Source of the DNA: Minisyncoccota bacterium
GTDB lineage: Bacteria > Patescibacteriota > Minisyncoccia > Phycocordibacterales > CAIJYI01
Assembly (NCBI GenBank): GCA_023229825.1
Contig: JALNYN010000002.1
Coordinates: 17,789 to 81,788, forward strand
Direction of reading: 5' to 3'
DNA: 64,000 bases
Shown here: positions 1 to 10,240 of the stretch, one piece after another
How positions within the stretch are numbered: the first letter of the stretch is position 1
Layout of the letters: the number at the start of each line of letters is the position of its first letter
Position numbers and translations under genes: made by a program
The notes under the pieces: generated by a model
Databases searched by the model: none
What the model saw: only the letters and a program-made list of their open reading frames with translations
What the model was told of the DNA's origin: nothing

Positions 1-357
1 AAGCACTCGCTGTCCAACATTCCCGAACTCATCTTCAAAAACAAGTTTTAATCCATATGGATGAAATATAACCACTTCTGATTGACCGACAGTAAGTTTT
101 CTAATTTTTTTAAGCGGAATATCCTTTCCATTCAGAAACGAAGCTTTCCCTTTCAGTTTGTCATCTTGAATAAGAAAGTATGTTCCCTTTCTTTCAAGAA
201 AATAAAGAGTGCCACAAACTATCCAAAACCAAAAAGTTGATTGCAAAAATGGTAATTCGGAGAAGATAATATATTGTGCGAAGAAAAAATATATTATCCC
301 ATAACCGAAGAGTAGCTGTTTCTTACTGGGAGATAAATAATGATAGTTATTTTTCAT
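1..357 (-). CDS. Small membrane protein directly downstream of the Rhs gene, candidate immunity protein (runs off the window edge)
   Basis: Manually translated open frame from ATG at 357 (MKNNYHYLSPSKKQLLFGYGIIYFFFAQYIIF...STFWFWIVCGTLYFL...), two hydrophobic segments, starts 8 nt after the Rhs stop, AT-rich; absent from the ORF track because it is truncated. Confidence 0.6.
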   Translation of the reverse strand, partial: MKNNYHYLSPSKKQLLFGYGIIYFFFAQYIIFSELPFLQSTFWFWIVCGTLYFLERKGTYFLIQDDKLKGKASFLNGKDIPLKKIRKLTVGQSEVVIFHPYGLKLVFEDEFGNVGQRVL

Positions 358-365
358 AAGGCGAT

Positions 366-3300
366 TTATTTCTTTTCGGTTTTTGTTGATAATGTCGCCA
401 TCATAGACGTCAGTACTTGAGTAAGTTGACCTAACTGTGCTCGAAGTTGCTCCGTTACAGATCGCGCACTTCCGAGAGATGCACCAATAGAAACGGGGGC
501 TCTACCAGCGGGATTTGGAATTTGTTGACCGATACGAGTACCTATAAATCCACCGAGAAAATCTCCAAACAGAGCAGTGGAATTAATTTGTCCAGTTGTT
601 TGATTTTTTGCATTCCCGTTTGCAAGGGAAACAGCAACATTTCCAAGTCCGCCAGTTGCGGCCGTTAACACCTTTGATCCTTGCGTTGTAATCGCTCCCG
701 CTACTGCAAGTCCATCAAAATATAGACCCGCTCCGACTACTCCGGCGGCAAGTAATGCTGCCGTTGTTGCATCTTTCGCGTACCGAATACCTGGGTACTC
801 TCCTCTTGCTTGAAGTATCGGGGCATCAGGATTTCTTCCTGAAACTATATCCTGATAGTTCTGATAGATATCACTTCCCCGATTCCATGTTACAGAGGTT
901 ACATAAGCTGCACCGGCGGCAATTATGAAAGGATTTCTTCCGTTCGGATCTTTGTTTGTTATTGGATTTCCGTTCGCGTAACTATAACTGTTTTGTGCCT
1001 GTGGATTAGTAAGTACGCTTCGTCCATCTCGAGTAAGACCTATCTCCCAAAATACGGGGTCTTGTGAGATGAACCGCCCACGCGCCCCCTCATAGTACCT
1101 CGCCTGCATATAATTGAGACCGCTCAGGCTGTCATTTTCCGTCCCCGTATACTTCCTTTTCTCTGCATAAGAACCTACTTTATCATCTACCCTCATTGTA
1201 CCATACGGATAGTAATCCACCGCTTCGACAAGGTTTCCATTCTGATCGGTCACCACATTCGTCCCGCCAAGATGGTCGGTATGGATATACCTCACCGTAC
1301 TCGTAGCGGTTGCTTCTTCTCCATTAGAAGAAATGAGCCGTATATCATCCCAATACACCGTCCCCGCACTCGCTCTCATTCCGGCAAATCCGGTAAGCGT
1401 CGTGCTTGCGGCCGATAGATCGGCAAGCGGAATGTCGACGTCATACCACGTATTTGCGGAAAGCGAACCGCCGGGAATGTAATCTGCGAGAGTTATCTGG
1501 GCGAGCCAGCCGTCCGGTCCGTACGAATCGATGTAAATGCCCGCATCGGCGTCGGGTACGCGGACAGAGAAGGAGAAATGAGTGGAAGTCGCGGTACTTA
1601 CTCCTGAACTATGAAGATAGAGCCCTGTCCATGAATCAGAGTGGGTCGCTTTGAGTGAATATGTTCCGATGCGTACAGGGCTTGAGTTGGAAGGATCGAG
1701 AGTTGTCCCCCAAGACCAGTTATCCCAACCGTTTATGGAATCGGAATAGATGGAAGAAACGGTGGTCGTGCTTTGATTTTGAGTATTTTTGGACTCTATG
1801 GTAGATACGAGAAGATCTCCGGCAAAGATGTGTTTGGTGATTGTGCCGGTAGTGCCTATTTGGTTAAAGTATTTATTCGGGAAATATGTCGTGGTACCAT
1901 CTTCTGTCAGTTTAACACGATTTCCGGAGTGATCGTAGGTGTAGGTTGAGGTGCTGGTAGCGCTGGTGCTTTGTATCAGTCGGTTTTTGTAGTCCCACGA
2001 ATAAGCGAGTGTTCCGTCCGAGGTGAGGTTGCCATTCGCATCATACGAAAGGGTTGTGGTGGATGTTCCGCTTGTCGTGGTCGTGGCGGGGGCGAATGTG
2101 GCGAGCGAATGCGCGGCGCAGTCGTAGGAAGCGGTCGTTTCTTTCATAGTATACGTACCGGAAGATGTGGCGAGTTTATAGCTTCCGATACCGGTGCCGC
2201 CGGATAAATTCATGAGAGCCGTCTGTCCTGCCGCAATAGAGAACGATCCGATATTGCCGTTCAAAGCGTCGATCACAAGCGCTCCCGACACAGTGGAGGT
2301 TGAAACGGAATGATCCATGACCCAATCCGTATTGGCGCCGGCATTCGAGTACGGCTGGCCGGTTTGCGCCACGCCGGTGAAGGTCGAGGCATAGGAGTCG
2401 ATGTTTGTCACGGAGCCGGTAAGCGTAATGACAACGTTGTGCGATCCCGATGCAGGATCGGGAAGATACCAAAGTTCGGAACAGCCGCTTATCGAATCGT
2501 AATCGTCGGCACGGACTTTGGTTAGCGATGCGCCGTTATAGGTTACGCCCGAGACTACGCGGTTTCCGGGGGTGCCCGGCTCATAGATCGATGTTCCCAC
2601 CACGAGCATTCTGTTATTTCCGCTTCCGGTCGTATGGCTGAAAGTAACCGAGCTCACTCCTTGAGATGAATCTGTCGAAGTCGCCTCGAAAGCGATCGTT
2701 TCGGTGCTGGTGGTTGCCGGTTTGAATGATGCCGTGAGCATGGACCAGTCTTGGCTTGCTGACCCGGTATAGATATCGGTGTAATTTCCGGTTGTGGTCG
2801 CGATACCATAACTTGCGGCGGCGAGGGTTGAACCGGTGAAGTCTTTAAAGAGCGAGGTTTTTGAAGTGGTGGCATTTGCGGTGGAGAAACGCGAAAGGGT
2901 TGAAACCACAATGTCGTTTACGTTCGGAACAGAGAGCGTGGTGCTCGGGTTTCCATTCGTACCGGTGGCGGAAGCGATGGCATCGGGCGAGGTTGCCGCG
3001 GCGTTCGTAAAGGAACTGGCGGAGAGTTTTATCGCATCGGTATCGCCCGTTATATTGACGGACATCGTTTTTGCGCCGGTGGTGGTGGCAAAAAGATACC
3101 AGATCTCCGATGACATCCCCATCATTCTCGTTGAACTTGCTTTTGTGAACGCGCCGCCGTTCCATGTGGCGGAAGATATTGAGCCGGTGCCGGCAACATC
3201 CTGCCAGATGTCAGCAGTAAGGATAATGATCGGATTTGTTCCCGTTACGGTATGCATCCAGGTTTTTGTAGTGGAGCCGCTCCAGCCATTCGATATGCTT

Positions 3301-6300
3301 GTCGTGGTCGAATCGAGCGCAGGGGTGGAAGCGGAAACACTTCCATCTGATCCGTTCGCTGTTATCGAAGTCACCGCATGCGGATTCGCGTAGTTGGTGC
3401 CGTCATACGCATATACTCCCGCTAAAGTTGAAGACGAGATGTTTCCAATGGCATTGTAAGTGAAGGTTTGACTAAAAGGCGTGGAGCTCGCCATCGTCGT
3501 CGAAGCGGTAAGCAAACGATTCAGATCGTCATAAGTGTAGTTGATGGTTTTTGCTAATCCTGTATTAGCGGAAGCATCTGCGATCTGTGTGATGTTCGCG
3601 TTTTCGTCGTAGGAGTAGGAGATATTTTGAATAGTGCCGTTTGATGTATTTTTATTATTTAAGCGATATAAATGATCCTCGTCATACGTATTTGTCGTTA
3701 CAACTCCGTTCGTATAATTTATAACCGTCGGCTGACCTGTCGGCGAATAATCAAAGTTCGATACTACATTACTGAACGATCCTCCGTTTTCTTTTTCTTC
3801 GACTTTTTCAATGAGATTTGCGGCATTGTAGGTGTATTTTATTTGAGAACCGTCGGGATGCGTGATGAATGTTTGATTGCCTTGTCGGTCGTAGTCGTAA
3901 GCGGTCGCGTATGGCGTTCCGGAAATGGTCGATGTCGCGATCTTGGTTTGTCCGATCGGCGTGTACTCATAAGATATGAGGGTTGCGGTTGAACTCGCAG
4001 TACAAAGACGCGTTTTTCCGTTCGTACAGTTGTCGTAGGTGTAGGTTGTTTCCGTACCTGATTGACCCATGTAATCTTCCGTTGATGGGCGATTAAGCTC
4101 GTCAAAAGTGTAATTCACGGTCTGACTCTTCGGATCAACGGACTGTGTTTGATTATTGGCGTCATCATACGCATAGGTCCATGTTCCATAGGTGCCGTCG
4201 CCGGAAGCGTGGAGGTCTTCGGCGGTTGTGCGTCGTCCGAGTTTGTCGTAGGTGAAATTGCGGATATTTGAAAGCGCGTCGGTAATTTTTGTGAGGTTTC
4301 CCAACAAATTATATTCGTAATTCGTGGTATACGTGTCGCCGCTGTTTTTTTCTTCCACCTTCACGAGATTTCCGTACGCGTCTTTGGTGAGTATTTTTTG
4401 TTTTCCGCGCGCATCTGTGGTAGTAACTTTCCAGTCATCGTAGGCGTTGGTTGTACTACCAACCGCGTTTAATATTTCCGTTACGCGTCCGAGCGGGTCA
4501 TAGGTATATGTTGCGTACAAATTAGTTTCTGCTGTGGCACTCGTTCTCGCAGTACTCGAAGCGAAATATGGGAGCGATTCTTTTTCTATCAAGCCGCGAT
4601 CATTGAACGACACATCTCTTACTGCATACGTATTACTCCCTTCCGATTGCGAACGGATTTGTATCGTTCTACCAAGGCCGTCTTTATAGACGTAAACAGT
4701 ATTCGTTAAGGATGGATTGAGATAATTTGTTTTTTGTACTGCAACCTCAAGTGGCGTATCGGTATAGGTATACGCTGATTTGGTTACGAGTGTTCTGGGA
4801 TTTGTTTGATCGGGCTGTTTTTCCGCGACGACGCGATCTATGCCGTCATACTCAACGGCAAAAACTAGTCCGTTTTCATCGGTCGTGGTCGCAACTTTTC
4901 CGGATGAATAATCGTAAAGGAAATTTTGTGTTTGTCCGAGCGAGTTAGTGGATGTGGCAACAAAAAGATCATACGTGTCATACGAATAGTTCGTCGCATT
5001 TCCTCGCGGGTCTGCCTGTTGTGTGACGAGCCCATAGGTTCCGTCGTAAACTTTGGTAGTGCTAGCATACGCACTACCTGAAATAAGTTTTTCTTCTTTG
5101 GTCGAGTTTCCCGCCGAGGCATAACCGAAGGAAAGTCCGTCGTAATACCATTTCGTATCTTTGACGGTATTGTCGGATTGATCGGTTACCAACTGGCGCG
5201 ACGGCAAAGAAATTACGCTATTAGTGGAACTGGCCGCATAACTGTAGGCGTAGGTGGCCTTATCAGTACCAGTATCGGTAAATGATCCGTCATTGCTTCC
5301 ACTTACTTCGCCCCATAATACTTTCTGAGAAAGGTTTCCGGTGCTGTCGTTATGGGAATACGCTTCGGCTTTATCCTTGTGTGTTCCATTCCCATCAAAA
5401 TCTTCTTCGGTCGATTGGACGAGTTTTACAAAAGTAGAGCTTGCAGTAATGCTGTATTTGTCCCACTTGTTGACGGTCAGCGAATAGAGATTATTGGCGT
5501 CGTCATATTTTTCAACACGATAGGGTTTGTTTATTTTTGAAATGTGATCGTTGTATTCGCCGTTCGTTGAGTCGGATGTGTTGCCTTGGTGATAATAGGT
5601 TTTTGTAACATTTCCTTCTTCATCGGTTTTGGTTATTTTCGCGAATCCTGCAAATTTTTTGTCGAGCGGATCGGAATGGTAATATACTCCGTCGGAATAG
5701 AGATAGGTTGTCGTCGAAACCGTTCCTCCAAAACCCGCATCCGTTGCAATTCCTTTTACAACTGTGAAATTATATTGCAAATTCGGATTCGGTTGTGAAT
5801 CGTCGTCGGCAAGCTCGGCGCTATTCGCATATTCGACCGTCGTTACCGCCCCTTGTTCTCCAGTAATGCGATTCAAGAGATCGGCTTTTTCTCCATTTTT
5901 GATCCAAACATAATGATTTTGATAATCATTCCTTATTACATCAGGAAGACCATCACCATTGACGTCTTCGACGTTTACCCCAAGGTCTTTAAAAATGTTC
6001 CCTCCTTGGTATTCCATTACATCTGTAGGAAAAGTCGACGATGCTTCCACCCAACTCGAACCGGTATTAATATAAACATCGCGCCCATCCGCACTACCGA
6101 CAAAGTCAGTAAATCCATCACCATTAACATCAGCAAATCGGTAACCCGTATCCCACCCAATTCCATCTAAAAAAATTGTAGGAGGTACAAATGATGGAGT
6201 TTCTTGCCAGCCGTGTCCTATATTTAAATATCCAATATGCTTTGGTAAATACGCGCCACCGATATAATCTCGAGACACCAACACGTCCGCAAGTCCATCA

Positions 6301-8105
6301 TTATTCAAATCCACAATACGCACCCCCGCATCATTTCCACCAGAAACAACTTCCGTCGGAAACGTCCACGAAGTATCCTGAACAAACTGACTTCCGTTAT
6401 TTATATATGTCCCATCATCTCCCGTAATGTCAGTTAAACCGTCTCCATTAACATCCACAAGGCGCACACCACGATCGATTGATGAAAATCCGTTTGTGTT
6501 CACAAAATATACGGGAGGCGTCCAGTTGTTCGTGGCGGACCAGCCGCTTGCGCTTCCCAAATAGACAGCTTTATATGAAGCTCCTTGCCATCTCGATACT
6601 ATTTCATCAACATATCCATCGCCGTTCAGGTCGACAAAACGTAGTCCTGAATCATAAGGTTGCATAAATAATTCCGGTGAATCATATCCCGTTGTAGTCG
6701 CCCATGTCAATCCGGTATTCTCATGTTCGTAATAGACGGGATACAGACCTCCCCAGCTCCAGTTGAGATCAGGAAGGCTGTCTCCATTGAAATCAAGTAC
6801 TCTTCCACCGCCGTCTCCTCCTGTTGGTCCGGTAAAATAATGACCACCGGGCAATCGCCATTTATTCGGATCGGTATTTTCGGTCCAACCTTCCGTACTA
6901 GTGGAATATCCGAACTCGACGGCGGGAAGCGTCGTTGTACCGAGACTGCTGTCCCAGCCCGATTCTTCGGCGGAAACAAGAAGCGAGCGCAGTCCGCTGT
7001 TGCCTGCGTCATATGACAATACGTATCTATGTGTAACTTCTCCGTTCGTTTTGATACGAATTTCTTTTATTTGCTTTTTTGTGGCGACAGAAAAGCCTGA
7101 AACTGAAGAAGTTGCTACATCATTGCGATCTTCCCGTAAAAATTCAACAAGAAAAATACCGGAAAGGCTCGGATTATTGGTATATGAAATGGAAGAAGGA
7201 TAGATCTGTCCTGCGTCTTTATAATATGAATAATCTACCGAGTTGCCGTTGGTATCGCGAACTTGTTCGAGCATCCATTTATATATTTGCGAACCATCAG
7301 ACGGATTATCTTGTCTTGTTGAAGTGGAATAGCCGAGCGAGTATGTATTGCCGGACTTTGTTGTAATAAGCCACGCGTTATTCGTCAAAAGATATGAATT
7401 AAAATTTCCATTTTCAACTTTTGCGCGGTAGGTACTCGTTGATGTTTGTACCAGTTCACCATCCAAGCTGGAAGTAAAATAATTTTGACCGAACATTTTA
7501 TCCGTACCGGTCTTATTCATGCGTTCTATGTAAGGAATATTATGGGACCATCCGTATCCAAAGATCGAATTTTCTTTACTTTGGCTATTGTACCGCAGTG
7601 CGAGGCCTGGTTCCATTCCGTTTCTTCCGGGAGGAACTTTGATCGGGTATTCGTAAACGAGAGCACCGGTGAGCTCATCGGTTTTTATATTTTTTCCATT
7701 TACAACATTCTCAAGCGGTCTTGGACCGCCTTCATCCCCAGTAAGTGTCGACATCGATTCCGACTCTGTGGGGGTTTCTTCCTGTGACAAAGGCGTATCT
7801 ACTGCAGGCTCTATTGAGTCTTCAGAAGGAGAAACCACTTCTTCGGAAGTTTCAAGCGCCGGACCCTCGACAATCGGGGTTATTTCACTACTTCCCGGCA
7901 AAGCATCACCGGAACCCAAAGAGTCAATTGCTTCTTCTAAATTGAGCGACGCAACCGGCTCTGCGGGCGTAATTGCTTCCGAAGAAGTATTGGTTATCTC
8001 CGGAGCACTTATCGATTCTTCCGCAAAAACTTGGGACAGCGGAAAACTTAGGGTGATATTAATAATAGTTACGACGCTTACAAAAACTTTTTTTATACGG
8101 AACAT
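366..8105 (-). CDS. Secreted SpvB/FG-GAP/TcdB-mid/YD-Rhs repeat protein (TcB-TcC-like fusion) with inserted beta-sandwich/CBM-like domains and a variable C-terminus
   Basis: N-terminal signal peptide; SpvB-like PIKVPPGRNGMEPGLALRYNS..FGYGW; many DxNGDGxxD repeats; YD repeats; Rhs core HTDHLGG..YYPYG..KYTG..YMQARYY..GRFISQDP..NSYSYANGNPITNKDPNG. Confidence 0.88.
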   Translation of the reverse strand: MFRIKKVFVSVVTIINITLSFPLSQVFAEESISAPEITNTSSEAITPAEPVASLNLEEAIDSLGSGDALPGSSEITPIVEGPALETSEEVVSPSEDSIEPAVDTPLSQEETPTESESMSTLTGDEGGPRPLENVVNGKNIKTDELTGALVYEYPIKVPPGRNGMEPGLALRYNSQSKENSIFGYGWSHNIPYIERMNKTGTDKMFGQNYFTSSLDGELVQTSTSTYRAKVENGNFNSYLLTNNAWLITTKSGNTYSLGYSTSTRQDNPSDGSQIYKWMLEQVRDTNGNSVDYSYYKDAGQIYPSSISYTNNPSLSGIFLVEFLREDRNDVATSSVSGFSVATKKQIKEIRIKTNGEVTHRYVLSYDAGNSGLRSLLVSAEESGWDSSLGTTTLPAVEFGYSTSTEGWTENTDPNKWRLPGGHYFTGPTGGDGGGRVLDFNGDSLPDLNWSWGGLYPVYYEHENTGLTWATTTGYDSPELFMQPYDSGLRFVDLNGDGYVDEIVSRWQGASYKAVYLGSASGWSATNNWTPPVYFVNTNGFSSIDRGVRLVDVNGDGLTDITGDDGTYINNGSQFVQDTSWTFPTEVVSGGNDAGVRIVDLNNDGLADVLVSRDYIGGAYLPKHIGYLNIGHGWQETPSFVPPTIFLDGIGWDTGYRFADVNGDGFTDFVGSADGRDVYINTGSSWVEASSTFPTDVMEYQGGNIFKDLGVNVEDVNGDGLPDVIRNDYQNHYVWIKNGEKADLLNRITGEQGAVTTVEYANSAELADDDSQPNPNLQYNFTVVKGIATDAGFGGTVSTTTYLYSDGVYYHSDPLDKKFAGFAKITKTDEEGNVTKTYYHQGNTSDSTNGEYNDHISKINKPYRVEKYDDANNLYSLTVNKWDKYSITASSTFVKLVQSTEEDFDGNGTHKDKAEAYSHNDSTGNLSQKVLWGEVSGSNDGSFTDTGTDKATYAYSYAASSTNSVISLPSRQLVTDQSDNTVKDTKWYYDGLSFGYASAGNSTKEEKLISGSAYASTTKVYDGTYGLVTQQADPRGNATNYSYDTYDLFVATSTNSLGQTQNFLYDYSSGKVATTTDENGLVFAVEYDGIDRVVAEKQPDQTNPRTLVTKSAYTYTDTPLEVAVQKTNYLNPSLTNTVYVYKDGLGRTIQIRSQSEGSNTYAVRDVSFNDRGLIEKESLPYFASSTARTSATAETNLYATYTYDPLGRVTEILNAVGSTTNAYDDWKVTTTDARGKQKILTKDAYGNLVKVEEKNSGDTYTTNYEYNLLGNLTKITDALSNIRNFTYDKLGRRTTAEDLHASGDGTYGTWTYAYDDANNQTQSVDPKSQTVNYTFDELNRPSTEDYMGQSGTETTYTYDNCTNGKTRLCTASSTATLISYEYTPIGQTKIATSTISGTPYATAYDYDRQGNQTFITHPDGSQIKYTYNAANLIEKVEEKENGGSFSNVVSNFDYSPTGQPTVINYTNGVVTTNTYDEDHLYRLNNKNTSNGTIQNISYSYDENANITQIADASANTGLAKTINYTYDDLNRLLTASTTMASSTPFSQTFTYNAIGNISSSTLAGVYAYDGTNYANPHAVTSITANGSDGSVSASTPALDSTTTSISNGWSGSTTKTWMHTVTGTNPIIILTADIWQDVAGTGSISSATWNGGAFTKASSTRMMGMSSEIWYLFATTTGAKTMSVNITGDTDAIKLSASSFTNAAATSPDAIASATGTNGNPSTTLSVPNVNDIVVSTLSRFSTANATTSKTSLFKDFTGSTLAAASYGIATTTGNYTDIYTGSASQDWSMLTASFKPATTSTETIAFEATSTDSSQGVSSVTFSHTTGSGNNRMLVVGTSIYEPGTPGNRVVSGVTYNGASLTKVRADDYDSISGCSELWYLPDPASGSHNVVITLTGSVTNIDSYASTFTGVAQTGQPYSNAGANTDWVMDHSVSTSTVSGALVIDALNGNIGSFSIAAGQTALMNLSGGTGIGSYKLATSSGTYTMKETTASYDCAAHSLATFAPATTTTSGTSTTTLSYDANGNLTSDGTLAYSWDYKNRLIQSTSATSTSTYTYDHSGNRVKLTEDGTTTYFPNKYFNQIGTTGTITKHIFAGDLLVSTIESKNTQNQSTTTVSSIYSDSINGWDNWSWGTTLDPSNSSPVRIGTYSLKATHSDSWTGLYLHSSGVSTATSTHFSFSVRVPDADAGIYIDSYGPDGWLAQITLADYIPGGSLSANTWYDVDIPLADLSAASTTLTGFAGMRASAGTVYWDDIRLISSNGEEATATSTVRYIHTDHLGGTNVVTDQNGNLVEAVDYYPYGTMRVDDKVGSYAEKRKYTGTENDSLSGLNYMQARYYEGARGRFISQDPVFWEIGLTRDGRSVLTNPQAQNSYSYANGNPITNKDPNGRNPFIIAAGAAYVTSVTWNRGSDIYQNYQDIVSGRNPDAPILQARGEYPGIRYAKDATTAALLAAGVVGAGLYFDGLAVAGAITTQGSKVLTAATGGLGNVAVSLANGNAKNQTTGQINSTALFGDFLGGFIGTRIGQQIPNPAGRAPVSIGASLGSARSVTEQLRAQLGQLTQVLTSMMATLSTKTEKK

Positions 8106-8276
8106 ATAAAAACAAAAAAGGTTGATAAAAAATACTCAAATTAAAAAAATATTGCAATGATATCATTATCATAACAGAGAGCAGATAAAATCCTGATAAA
8201 GTCTCATAGGGAGATTTCATTATTATTTGTGGCTCTATTTTTGCTTTTTTTAATTTTTTTTATATTTTTTATGAAG

Positions 8277-8285
8277 TTATCCACA
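8277..8285 (+). promoter_or_regulatory. Perfect DnaA box
   Basis: TTATCCACA. Confidence 0.55.
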
Positions 8286-8347
8286 GGTACTTTTTGACAG
8301 TATTTTTAAACAAAAATTATTCGGGATAACATCTAGTCGACAACAAC

Positions 8348-8376
8348 GTGGATCCCGGGTCGCAGCCCGGGATGAC
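8348..8376. repeat. RPE4/REP-like palindrome (GTCATCCCGG..CCGGGATCCAC family)
   Basis: gtggatcccgggtcgcagcccgggatgac; related copies at 23171, 42916, 54547, 58129. Confidence 0.7.
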
Positions 8377-8457
8377 GACGACTTTAAAGAGGTCTATCAA
8401 AAAACAACGCGAGAAACTCGTGTTGTTCGTTTAATTGTTCCCTTGTTCGTATCCGTT

Positions 8458-8715
8458 TTACCGTATGTCTTTAACGGTCTTTTCCTTTAATATATTGTTT
8501 ATTTTTTCAAGTATTCCGCGTTTGTTCATATACACCTCGTTTTTTACAGCGGAAGGAACTAAAAGAAACAAAACTCCATCTTTTACCTCCATTTCCTGTT
8601 TATCTATCTTTATACCGACCGCCTCAAAGATCGCGGGCTGTGCCGCTTCTTTTACGGTATCTCCCGGCGGTTCGATCCGTTTGAATTTTTCGAGATAAGA
8701 GGAGATGTTGAACAT
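8458..8715 (-). CDS. DciA/DUF721-like protein (helicase-loading accessory factor)
   Basis: 85 aa immediately downstream of dnaN; VKDGVLFLLVPSAVKNEVYMNKRGILEKIN...VKDIR resembles the DciA core. Confidence 0.55.
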   Translation of the reverse strand: MFNISSYLEKFKRIEPPGDTVKEAAQPAIFEAVGIKIDKQEMEVKDGVLFLLVPSAVKNEVYMNKRGILEKINNILKEKTVKDIR

Positions 8716-8718
8716 TCG

Positions 8719-8814
8719 AAGTTATAAAGTTTATCAAGTTCATCAAGTTTATAAAGTCCACCGATCGCCGTACGTACTTGATAAACTTGATGAACTTTAT
8801 AACTTGATAAACTA
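8719..8814. repeat. Intergenic hairpin built from 9-nt periodic repeats
   Basis: ttataaagt-ttatcaagt-tcatcaagt-ttataaagt ... acttgataa-acttgatga-actttataa. Confidence 0.8.
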
Positions 8815-9918
8815 TTATGTCGTGAGAGGCATCACCAAGTACATAAATGACTGATCCGATACCCCGCGTATCACCAGAGGCCTTCCCTCGCCTGAGAAAC
8901 GGAAAGTGATGCTGTCTTGCTTAAGTGATTGAAAACAATCGATAAGATATTTCTGATTAAAACCGCACGAGATATTTTTTCCAGACAAAGAAGCGTCTAC
9001 AACGGTCATATTCTCGCCGGCTGTGGAATTTTTTGATTCGGTGATAAATTTCTTTCCGGAAACATCGACGGAAACATCGACCCGATTGAATTTGTCGGAA
9101 AACAGATTGGTTACCTTGAGTGCGTTCATGATATCCTGCTTTAGAACAGTCGCTTCCGTCGCATAATCTTTAGGGATTATTTGCTGATAATCGGGAAAAA
9201 TACCGTCAACGATCCGAGAGGTCACGTAAATATCTTTATCGGCAAGAGAAAAAGATATCTGATTCTTGCTCACATTGATATTCACACTTCCGGTTACTCC
9301 ATCAAATACGCGAAGTATTTCCACGATATTTTTTTGAGGTATCAATACGTGTTTGAATGAGGTTTTTTCTTTAAGGAACACTTTCTTTTCCGCCAGACGG
9401 AAAGAATCGGTCGCGGCAAAAATGATATTTTCCCCCTCGGAATAGATGCAAACGCTCGCTATCTCCGGCTTCATATCGGAAATGGATGCGCTATACCAAA
9501 CGCTTTTCACGCCGTCCACAAACTTATCCACCGGCATAGCAAAGGCATCGGTACCGGAAACGACGGGAAGCGTCGGAAAATCCTCGTGCGGAAGGCATTT
9601 AAGCACGGATCGCCCATTGGAAGACTTTAATACCATATTCTCAGAAGATGTTTCGAGCGAAACTTTTTGGTCATAGATCGAGGATAGAACGCCGGAAAGA
9701 AGATTACCCTGAATGACCAGCGTACCCTCCTCGGAAACCTGTGCGGGAATCTCCATTTCAATACCGACATCCAGATTGGTGGCGCGAAGAAGAAGTTTAT
9801 TGTTTTTTGCCGAGAAGAGTATTCCCCCAAGTACCGGAAGAGACAGATTTTTTCCGACCATCCTTTCGGCTAGTCCGACCGCATTTTTAAGTACGTCTTT
9901 TGAGCATTCTAGTTTCAT
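8815..9918 (-). CDS. dnaN: DNA polymerase III beta sliding clamp
   Basis: ATNLD, DFPTLP, ATDSFRLAEK, SRIVDGIFPDYQQIIP, YLVMP motifs; follows dnaA. Confidence 0.97.
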   Translation of the reverse strand: MKLECSKDVLKNAVGLAERMVGKNLSLPVLGGILFSAKNNKLLLRATNLDVGIEMEIPAQVSEEGTLVIQGNLLSGVLSSIYDQKVSLETSSENMVLKSSNGRSVLKCLPHEDFPTLPVVSGTDAFAMPVDKFVDGVKSVWYSASISDMKPEIASVCIYSEGENIIFAATDSFRLAEKKVFLKEKTSFKHVLIPQKNIVEILRVFDGVTGSVNINVSKNQISFSLADKDIYVTSRIVDGIFPDYQQIIPKDYATEATVLKQDIMNALKVTNLFSDKFNRVDVSVDVSGKKFITESKNSTAGENMTVVDASLSGKNISCGFNQKYLIDCFQSLKQDSITFRFSGEGRPLVIRGVSDQSFMYLVMPLTT

Positions 9919-9924
9919 AAATCA

Positions 9925-10165
9925 AAGTTGTTAACAACTACTATAATATAAGTATTTATTTTTTTAGAAACGATTACTATTATTAGGACTGTTGATAAGT
10001 GGATAAACCGATTATATCCTTATTTGAATTGGTAATTTAGATTTCGCTCTGTGGATATTCGGCGCATTGCGTATTGGATATAAATGAACAACTTTCGCTT
10101 TTATTTTTTTATTCGATTTTTTCCACAACGATATTAACTTTTTTCCACAGGGTTATACACAACAC
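9925..10165. other. Chromosomal replication origin (oriC) between dnaA and dnaN
   Basis: DnaA-box cluster (TGTTGATAA 9990, AGTGGATAA 9998, TGTGGATAT 10050, TTTTCCACA 10119 and 10141, TTATACACA 10153); AT-rich tract with DnaA-trio-like TAA/TAG triplets next to a box and GTCC spacer. Confidence 0.8.
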
Positions 10166-10240
10166 AGTCAAAAGTTAAAAGTAGAAAGTAAAAAGTGTTA
10201 GTCGTCGTTCTTTTAACTTTTAACTTTCCACTTTTTACTT
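10166..10240. repeat. Hairpin of 7-nt periodic repeats directly after the dnaA stop
   Basis: aaaagtt-aaaagta-gaaagta-aaaagt ... cttttaa-cttttaa-ctttcca-cttttta. Confidence 0.75.
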
